Assembly: GCA_039630345.1 (NCBI GenBank)
Contig: JBCNVD010000025.1
Span: 1 to 33,015, forward strand
DNA: 33,015 bases
Direction: 5' to 3'
DNA from: Aquificaceae bacterium
GTDB taxonomy: Bacteria; Aquificota; Aquificia; Aquificales; Aquificaceae
Shown: positions 26,468 through 33,015 of the stretch, in pieces
Layout: each line of letters starts with the position of its first letter
Position numbering within the stretch: position 1 is the first letter of the stretch
Notes under the pieces: generated by a model
What the model was told of the DNA's origin: nothing
Seen by the model: only the letters and a program-made list of their open reading frames with translations
The model's database searches: none
Translations under genes and position numbers: made by a program

Positions 26468-27246
26468 AACGCCACGCCTTCAGGCTGGCTATTTTTTTAA
26501 TTGCAATAGCTATATACCAGCTTCAGGTATCAACAATTCCCGTTATTGGAAAACTATACTGGATAATCAACGAGATTTCTATGCCTTTAAACGAACTTAA
26601 AGGCACTCTTCAATCAAAGGCAAGGGCAGTGCTTGATAAATATATTCTTTTACAAAATGTCCAGAGAGAAAACGCTGCTTTAAAAAGTAAAATCCTCGAG
26701 CTAAGCGCTATCAGTGCAGAGTTAAGAGCCTGCAAGCATGAACTAAAGATTCTGAATGAATACACAGGTCTTAGAGTAGAGTATCCGAAAGTGAGTGCTA
26801 TCCCCGCACGCGTGCTTGGGTATGACCCGCTTGGGCAGGATAGGTTTGTGCTTATAGACAGAGGGATAAGTCAAGGTGTAGAGAAAGGGGCTTTAGTAAT
26901 TGTTGGGGAAGAACTCCTCGGGATAGTAGAGCAGGTTTTCGCGCAAAGCGCGCGCGTAAAGACTCTATATTCTTCTGACTTTAGCATAAGCGCAAGCCTT
27001 GAGGGAAAGGCATACATATATAGAGGTGGCTTTCCTTTTGGGAGCCTTCTGTTTGTAAGGAGCGAAGACAACATTCAAAAAGGTCAGGAAGTTACACTTA
27101 GAGCAGAGGGGCTAAGTGGTCTGAGGATAGGTTATGTTGTATCTGTAGGTCCAGACAGCGGACAGTTTTTCAAGTCTGTCTCAGTAAAGCCTGCGCTTGA
27201 TGTAAGAAGGACAAAGACCTGCACTGTTCTAAGGAGACAGCTTTGA
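26464..27246 (+). CDS. mreC: Rod shape-determining protein MreC
   Basis: N-terminal TM, coiled coil ENAALK, ARVLGYDP, IDRGISQGV, VKPALD; follows mreB. Confidence 0.88.
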   Translation: MKRHAFRLAIFLIAIAIYQLQVSTIPVIGKLYWIINEISMPLNELKGTLQSKARAVLDKYILLQNVQRENAALKSKILELSAISAELRACKHELKILNEYTGLRVEYPKVSAIPARVLGYDPLGQDRFVLIDRGISQGVEKGALVIVGEELLGIVEQVFAQSARVKTLYSSDFSISASLEGKAYIYRGGFPFGSLLFVRSEDNIQKGQEVTLRAEGLSGLRIGYVVSVGPDSGQFFKSVSVKPALDVRRTKTCTVLRRQL

Positions 27247-27671
27247 CTTTTTACTTGATTATGATATTGCTCTCATACCTTCAGAGCTCTGTGATGCTGA
27301 GTGTTTTTTCACATGGGCTGGTTGTTCCTGATCTTGTACTCTGCATTTACTTTCTTGAACTTCTTAAAAAAGAAGATAGATGGGGAATAAAAGCTATTTT
27401 TTCAGGCGCTTTTTTGGATATTTTACAGGACTCTGCGGGACTATATTTGTCAAGACAGATGATTTTTTGCATACTTTATGAGTTGATGAGCACAAAATTG
27501 CAATTTCCTACAAAGATTTCAAAGGTTATTGCTTATTTAAGTATCAGTATAGTGACAAAGTTGTTTGCAATAATTTTGTTTAGCACGAAGCACAAATGGG
27601 AATTGAATTCAGTGGAATTCCTCGCAGGAATACTGATAGAGGCATTATTTATATACAGGTTCTGTAAGTGA
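27243..27671 (+). CDS. mreD: Rod shape-determining protein MreD
   Basis: Small polytopic membrane protein with VPDLVL and GAFLDIL motifs, between mreC and mrdA. Confidence 0.75.
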   Translation: MTFYLIMILLSYLQSSVMLSVFSHGLVVPDLVLCIYFLELLKKEDRWGIKAIFSGAFLDILQDSAGLYLSRQMIFCILYELMSTKLQFPTKISKVIAYLSISIVTKLFAIILFSTKHKWELNSVEFLAGILIEALFIYRFCK

Positions 27672-29425
27672 GTAGAAGAAGGTTTTTTGTGGTGTTTGTT
27701 ATAGGGGTTTTGGTATACCTGGCTTTATTTCTGAGACTCTTTTATCTTCAGATAGTGAAGGGAGAGCATTATCAGGACCTTGCAAAGAGAAACTACATAA
27801 GGAAAAGGGTTTTATATGCCCAGAGGGGCAACATAACAGACAGAAACGGAAACTTGCTAGCTTACGATGCACCCAGATATTATTTGATGCTTGATTATCA
27901 AAAGCTGGAAAACAAAAAGGAGCTAGAGGAAGTTTTGGAAAAAATCAAAGAGGTATTTGGAGCAAAAATACAGGCAAAAATAACCAGAGCTATTGAGCCC
28001 GTGGTTTTAATGAGATTAGAAACTCAGGAAGAATTAGACAGGTTTTACAATAACGCCTACAGTCTTCCCGGGGTTTTTACAAGTGTAATTCCCGAAAGAA
28101 AGTATCCGTTTGGAGAACTATTCTGTCATGTGATTGGATATGTAGCTTTGCCTGATAGGCAGGCAATTGAGAAATTTAGAAAAAGAATAGGTCCGCAAAG
28201 TTTGGTTGGTATTTCTGGTCTTGAGAAATCTCAGGACGAGAAGCTACTTGGATGGGTCGGAACTGAAGAGATAGTGGTAAATGCAGTTGGCAGAGTAGTA
28301 AGAACAATCGGAGAGAGTAAGCCAAAGATGGGACTTAGTTTAAGGACAAGTCTTGATGTTAGGCTGCAAGCAATTTGCAAAGAGGTTTTTGAAAAATCAG
28401 GGCAAAAAGCAGGCGGGATAATCTTTATGGACCCAAGAGACGGAGAGGTTCTGGCACTATACAGTCATCCCGGCTTTGACCCGGAGAGAATTGGCGAAAA
28501 CTGGGAAAACCTGAATAAAGACCCTTTAAAACCCCTTCTCAACAGGGTTATTAATGCAAGGTATCCGCCGGCCTCTGTCATAAAACCTGCCATTGGCATT
28601 GCTTTGCTCGAAAGAGGCGTCTCACCAGGGGATAGAATAAATTGCAAAGGTTATATTGAGCTAGGCGGAAGGAGGTTTCACTGCTGGAACAGATCAGGTC
28701 ATGGACGGCAGAATTTAAAAGATGCCATAAGAAACTCATGCGATGTTTACTTTTACGAGCTTTGCTATGAAAAGCTTGGTCCAAATGGTATTGCAAAAAC
28801 CCTGATGGACTTTTGCTACGGTCAGGATTTAAAATTTGATATCCCCTTTGTTAAAGGTATAGTGCCAACTCCAGAATGGAAAAAGAGAGTAAAGAGAGAA
28901 AACTGGTATGGGGGCGACACTATAAATCTCTCGATAGGTCAGGGTTATATAGCAAGCACCTTACTTGAGCAAACGCTAATGATGATGGGGATAGTCAACG
29001 AAGGAGTTATATATAGGCCCATTATAGTAAAGGAAGTTCTCAGAGGAAACGAAACTATCTGGAGAGCAAAAAAGGAAGTTTTAAAAGTAATAAGAGCAAG
29101 ACCAAGCCACTTTGCCATAGTGAAAGAAGCCCTGAGAGAAGTGGTTAGATATGGCACAGCAAGGAGCGCATTCTCACACAGAATCGAGATTGCAGGAAAA
29201 ACCGGCACCGCTCAGGTCTCGCCTTTTAGCACTCTTAGAAAAAACCTGCCTTATAGACTCAGAGACCATGCATGGTTTGTGGGCTTTGCACCTTTCAGAG
29301 ACCCGGTTTTCTTAGTGGGTGTTTTTGTAGAGCACGGTGGCTCTGGAGGGCAGGTGGCAGCCCCGATTGCAAAGGCAGTCATAGAGAGAGCTCTTGACCT
29401 TGGGATACACAAGGAGGTGCTATGA
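27668..29425 (+). CDS. mrdA: Penicillin-binding protein 2
   Basis: RLFYLQI, RGNITDRNG, SVIK (SxxK), SCD, SIGQG, KTGTAQ, HAWFVGFAP. Confidence 0.96.
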   Translation: MSRRRFFVVFVIGVLVYLALFLRLFYLQIVKGEHYQDLAKRNYIRKRVLYAQRGNITDRNGNLLAYDAPRYYLMLDYQKLENKKELEEVLEKIKEVFGAKIQAKITRAIEPVVLMRLETQEELDRFYNNAYSLPGVFTSVIPERKYPFGELFCHVIGYVALPDRQAIEKFRKRIGPQSLVGISGLEKSQDEKLLGWVGTEEIVVNAVGRVVRTIGESKPKMGLSLRTSLDVRLQAICKEVFEKSGQKAGGIIFMDPRDGEVLALYSHPGFDPERIGENWENLNKDPLKPLLNRVINARYPPASVIKPAIGIALLERGVSPGDRINCKGYIELGGRRFHCWNRSGHGRQNLKDAIRNSCDVYFYELCYEKLGPNGIAKTLMDFCYGQDLKFDIPFVKGIVPTPEWKKRVKRENWYGGDTINLSIGQGYIASTLLEQTLMMMGIVNEGVIYRPIIVKEVLRGNETIWRAKKEVLKVIRARPSHFAIVKEALREVVRYGTARSAFSHRIEIAGKTGTAQVSPFSTLRKNLPYRLRDHAWFVGFAPFRDPVFLVGVFVEHGGSGGQVAAPIAKAVIERALDLGIHKEVL

Positions 29426-30702
29426 ATAGTCTGGAGATTGCCTCAATTCTTGGTGCAAAACACGAAGGGCAGGCAGTTGATGTAGAGGGTTTTTGCATAG
29501 ATAGCAGGAGGATAAAGCCAAAACAGGCCTTTATCGCAATAAGAGGAGAAAGGCTGGACGGGCATGATTTTGTAACTGAGGCACAAAACCTGGGGGCAAC
29601 TCTGGCTATAGTCCAAAAACCCGTGCAGGCCAATATTACAAAAATCCTGGTCAGCGACACAAAAGAGGCTCTATTTAAGCTCGCAAAGGCGAAAAGAGAA
29701 AAATTCAGAGGAAAAATAATTGCGATATCAGGCTCTGCAGGCAAAACGACTACCAAAGAATTAATTTCTTTTTTACTCTCAAAGACATTTAAAGTCTGTA
29801 AAACCCCGGGGAACTTCAATTCTCAAATTGGCGTGCCGCTTTCGATACTAAATTTTGGCGAATGTGAAATCTGGGTTCTGGAGCTAGGAGCAAGCAAACC
29901 GAGTGAGCTAAAAAAACTGATAAAGCTCTCAAATCCAGATATAAGGGTCCTGACAGCAATTGGAGAGGAGCATTTAGAAACCTTTGGAGACCTAAAAGGG
30001 GTAATATCGTCTGCTTCAGAGCTCTTTTGGGAGATGAAAGATAGTCAAATAGGGGTATTGCCAAAAGAGGCGCTTGATCACTTCAAAATTGCCCGAAGGG
30101 CAGTTTTTTCGATAGATGAGATAAAAAATCTGACCCTTGGGGACGAGGGGATAAGAGCTTTGCTTGGGAGCACTGAGATAGCATTGCAAGTGCCAAGTCT
30201 TGGGCTTTTAAAAAGTGCGCTATGCTCTATAAAGGTGCTTGAGGTTATGGATCTTGATTGGGTAAATTATTCAAAATATCTAAAAGAGTTTGAACCGCCA
30301 GAAGGTAGATTCAGACCCATAAAGTGGGGAAGCTGGCTTTTGATAGATGACACTTATAATGCAAACCCTCTCTCTGTGAAAAATGCTCTTGAGAGTCTTA
30401 ATTACTTCTCCGGGCAAAAGCTGGCGGTTCTGGGAGATATGCTAGAGCTTGGCGAGTTTTCAGAAAGTCTACACAGGCAAATTGGACAAATCTGTGCCAG
30501 CCTTGGGATAGAATGCTGGTTTTTTGGTCTGTGGATGCAAAAGGCATATCAGGAGTGTATCAAAGCCAGAGGGAGATGTTTTATTCTGGAAACGCCAGAG
30601 CAGATAAAAGAGCGCATAAAAGACGGAAGAGGAGTTATAATATTTAAAGGTTCGCGTGCTGTCAGGATGGAAAGGTTTATAAAATCAATCATAGAGAGCT
30701 GA
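29422..30702 (+). CDS. murF: UDP-MurNAc-tripeptide--D-Ala-D-Ala ligase
   Basis: IDSR, DGHDFV, SGSAGKTTTKE, GNFNSQIGVP, DDTYNANP, LGDMLELG, KGSR. Confidence 0.95.
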   Translation: MNSLEIASILGAKHEGQAVDVEGFCIDSRRIKPKQAFIAIRGERLDGHDFVTEAQNLGATLAIVQKPVQANITKILVSDTKEALFKLAKAKREKFRGKIIAISGSAGKTTTKELISFLLSKTFKVCKTPGNFNSQIGVPLSILNFGECEIWVLELGASKPSELKKLIKLSNPDIRVLTAIGEEHLETFGDLKGVISSASELFWEMKDSQIGVLPKEALDHFKIARRAVFSIDEIKNLTLGDEGIRALLGSTEIALQVPSLGLLKSALCSIKVLEVMDLDWVNYSKYLKEFEPPEGRFRPIKWGSWLLIDDTYNANPLSVKNALESLNYFSGQKLAVLGDMLELGEFSESLHRQIGQICASLGIECWFFGLWMQKAYQECIKARGRCFILETPEQIKERIKDGRGVIIFKGSRAVRMERFIKSIIES

Positions 30703-30703
30703 T

Positions 30704-31294
30704 ATGTCTGCCGCGCTTTACAAAATACTGGATGACAAGATTCTTTTTCGCGCAAACACAAAGAAGTTACAACACAGGGACCTCGTGGTTAACCTGGAGC
30801 TGACCCCCTTTATAAAAAAGTTTGTAATGGTAGGAGATAGTGTCGGGTTTTCCTACGGCGGGGTTTTACTCCAGGGACGCGTTGTTGGGAAGGGAGAGCA
30901 TCTAATAGTAGAGCTCTTTTACGGAAGAGAGGGTAAATTTGGCGATAGGTCAAAACCAAGGGTAGCCGTGCCGGAGGATATGAGCTTTAGAGTCCTTTTG
31001 AAAACAGGAGGACCTATAAGGAGCTTTGAGCCATACGACATCTCAGAAGAGGGCTTTGCAATTTTCTGTAACGACCCGGATTTTGTAAGCGAGATTATAA
31101 ACAAAGATGTCGAGTTTCGCCTCGTTGGAAGAGAAGACCTGTCAAACATATCTGGAAGTGCTTCTTTGGTGAATATAAGCGAAGAAGGACGCGGAAGGCT
31201 AAAACTCGGCTTTGAACTCAAAATGCAGGAAGCTCTCTATACCAGGTTGAGGTTTTACATAGTCGAGGTTTTAAAAAAGCTCTTTGACTCTTGA
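30704..31294 (+). CDS. PilZ-domain protein (putative c-di-GMP receptor)
   Basis: RSKPR (RxxxR) followed by DISEEG (DxSxxG) and a terminal KLGFEL strand. Confidence 0.65.
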   Translation: MSAALYKILDDKILFRANTKKLQHRDLVVNLELTPFIKKFVMVGDSVGFSYGGVLLQGRVVGKGEHLIVELFYGREGKFGDRSKPRVAVPEDMSFRVLLKTGGPIRSFEPYDISEEGFAIFCNDPDFVSEIINKDVEFRLVGREDLSNISGSASLVNISEEGRGRLKLGFELKMQEALYTRLRFYIVEVLKKLFDS

Positions 31295-31322
31295 CATTTG
31301 CCCAACTTTAGGATATTAGAAT
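31291..31322 (+). promoter_or_regulatory. Candidate sigma70 promoter for the efflux operon
   Basis: TTGACA at 31291-31296; TATTAG at 17-bp spacing (31314), or TAGAAT at 31317-31322, 8 nt before ATG 31331. Confidence 0.5.
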
Positions 31323-31330
31323 TTTCTAAT

Positions 31331-32635
31331 ATGCTTAAGACAGTAGCGCTGGTGCTGACTCTTTTATCCGTTGCAAAATCGGGCGAAATTACCCTACAGA
31401 ATGCCCTCAGGAGCGCCCTTGAGAAAAACGAGAGCGTAAAAGCTCTGGAGCATCAAAAGAGAGCTGCCGAGCTAAGGGCAGAGTCAGCGAAGAGGCTATC
31501 ACTACCAAGAGTAAGACTTGAAGAGAACATAAGCTATGGCAACTTGCCGTCTTTTTTTCTTTTTAGCAAGCTAAATCAGGGCAATATATCAGCCCTGGAC
31601 TTTTCCCCCGATAACTTAAAAGAGCCAGACCCCAGGACAAACTTTGAAACAAAAGTAACTGTCGAAGTCCCGATATGGATGGGCGGAAAAACCCAGGCAT
31701 TAGAGAAGGCTTCAAAGCACGAACTTGGCGCAAACTTGCTGGAAATAGAGCGAAAAACCCAGCAAATACTCAAAGAGACCTATCAGGCATATATCAATGC
31801 AGCCAGCGCAAAGCAAGCCATAAAAGTAGCAGAGCAAGGGCTTAAACTTGCTCAGGAGCATCTAAAACTCTCTGAAAACCTCCACAAAGCCGGCGTTGCA
31901 CTCTTATCAGACGTTCTATTTGCAAAAACAGAACTCTTTAAGGCTCAGGAAAACCTCCAGAGGGCAAAGAGAGACTACGCGCTGGCAAACAGAGCTCTCT
32001 TTAGCCTAACCGGACTAGAGGGCGAGGTTTTAAATCTTCAAGAATGTGAAAATTTACAGAGCGAGCGCCTTCGGCGCTCAGTTTTAGAAAGACAAGACAT
32101 AAAAGCCCTCAGAGAAAGATCCAGAGCTCTTAAAGAGCTATACAGGTCAGAAATATCCGAGGTTTTACCACAATTAAGTGGCTTTATACAGCTCTCAAAT
32201 AGCTCAAAAGACGCACCTTTGGCTAATGGAAAGAGCTCTTACACCCTTGGGCTTAATCTCTCAATACTTTTTGAACCAGGGCAGGCAACGCTCCTTCGCT
32301 CAAGGGCGCTTCTGGAAGAGAAAAAATCAACCGAGCTTATGGTGCAATCACTTAGCAAGCAGGCACTTCTGGAGCTAGAAAGGGCCATATCAGAATACGA
32401 AAACGCACTCGATAAACTCTCCTTAGCAAGACAGAGGGTTGAAGCATCCGAGGAAGCTATGAGGGTTTTGGAACTTAGATACAAAAACGGTCTTGGCAGG
32501 ATAGTTGACCTGCTGGAGGCCAAAACCCAGCTGGATAGAGCAAGGCTTGAAGAGGTGCTTGCCATAAGAGATTGCCACATAGCCTTTTCAAACGCTCTTT
32601 TCTCCGCAGGTATTATGAGGGAGGTTCTTAAATGA
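31331..32635 (+). CDS. TolC-family outer-membrane efflux protein (likely start 31331)
   Basis: Signal peptide MLKTVALVLTLLSVA; ITLQNALRSALEKN, LPRV, VPIWMGG, RYKNGLGRIVDLLEA; two OEP repeats. Confidence 0.9.
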   Translation: MLKTVALVLTLLSVAKSGEITLQNALRSALEKNESVKALEHQKRAAELRAESAKRLSLPRVRLEENISYGNLPSFFLFSKLNQGNISALDFSPDNLKEPDPRTNFETKVTVEVPIWMGGKTQALEKASKHELGANLLEIERKTQQILKETYQAYINAASAKQAIKVAEQGLKLAQEHLKLSENLHKAGVALLSDVLFAKTELFKAQENLQRAKRDYALANRALFSLTGLEGEVLNLQECENLQSERLRRSVLERQDIKALRERSRALKELYRSEISEVLPQLSGFIQLSNSSKDAPLANGKSSYTLGLNLSILFEPGQATLLRSRALLEEKKSTELMVQSLSKQALLELERAISEYENALDKLSLARQRVEASEEAMRVLELRYKNGLGRIVDLLEAKTQLDRARLEEVLAIRDCHIAFSNALFSAGIMREVLK

Positions 32636-33015
32636 AAGGCTATATAAAAGTCGGGGCTTTTTTGGTTGTTATTCTGGCCACAATTTTGTGGCTTGGGGGA
32701 TTTTTAAGTAAAAAAGAGCGCCTAAAGGCAGTAGAGCAACAATCCCAGATAGTTAGCGGTCTTGGCTTTGACAAAGCTCAGGAGATAAACACCTATACCT
32801 ACCACAGCGGGCAAATCGTTGCGGATAAGAGACTGGAAATATCCACAAAAATCCCGGGAAGGGTTTTGTCTGTGAATGTAGAGCAATCCCAGCAAGTTTC
32901 AAAAGGTCAAAGCCTTCTAAACATAGACCCGGGGGAAATAATTGCGCAGGCAAGGGCTTTTGAATACCAGAAAGTGCAGTCAGAAAAATTAGAGCTTTCT
33001 TTAAGAGCCCAGCTC
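32632..33015 (+). CDS. RND efflux periplasmic adaptor (MFP), 3'-truncated; not in the ORF track
   Basis: ATGA overlap with tolC; MKGYIKVGAFLVVILATILWLGG TM, then SGQIVADKRLEISTKIPGRVLSVNVEQSQQVSKGQSLLNID lipoyl-like motif; open to the window end. Confidence 0.88.
   Translation, partial: MKGYIKVGAFLVVILATILWLGGFLSKKERLKAVEQQSQIVSGLGFDKAQEINTYTYHSGQIVADKRLEISTKIPGRVLSVNVEQSQQVSKGQSLLNIDPGEIIAQARAFEYQKVQSEKLELSLRAQL

Noticed and set aside
209..32933. Frequent CCCGGG palindrome (about 15 seen by eye)
   Set aside because: Most checked instances encode Pro-Gly in frame, so codon usage is a sufficient explanation without a proper control.
346..32953. Many 60-146 aa ORFs antisense to or nested in identified genes (e.g. 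346-729, 16143-16493, 29379-29819, 32753-32953)
   Set aside because: Shadow ORFs of well-supported genes with no recognisable motifs.
1..33015. CRISPR arrays, tRNA/rRNA, riboswitches, IS elements, prophage or defence genes
   Set aside because: No intergenic gap exceeds about 50 bp, and I saw no spaced direct repeats or transposase, integrase or nuclease motifs.

Overview
A very compact, gene-dense chromosomal segment (GC roughly 40% by eye) whose gene content and protein style suggest an Aquificota thermophile (inference, no search run). It holds about 34 CDS with tiny or overlapping intergenic gaps; I see no rRNA, tRNA, CRISPR array or mobile element. Housekeeping content: dnaJ (5'-truncated) plus hspR-like; yceD-prmA-M23-DUF374; yvcK-nadB; DUF1232-oppB-like; frr-tatB-tatC-SDR; glgP-double ferritin-gmhA-nadK; ilvE-M28-like-lolA-GNAT; RSH(spoT) plus an NtrX-like regulator; mreBCD-mrdA-murF-PilZ; and a TolC plus RND adaptor (3'-truncated). 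Most notable: (1) a CHASE2 class III adenylate cyclase divergent, across a 16-bp gap, from a secreted SH3 protein + M48 protease + KhtT/KhtU K+/H+ antiporter operon, a candidate uncharacterised protease-linked cAMP signalling module; (2) strong over-representation of the palindrome (A)GAGCTC(T) in all reading frames; (3) an M28-fold protein that appears to have lost all metal ligands; (4) lolA whose signal peptide needs a non-canonical ATT/CTG start; (5) a bEBP-type regulator with both sigma54-contacting loops deleted; (6) recurrent bidirectional, apparently leaderless -10 promoters at divergent gene pairs.
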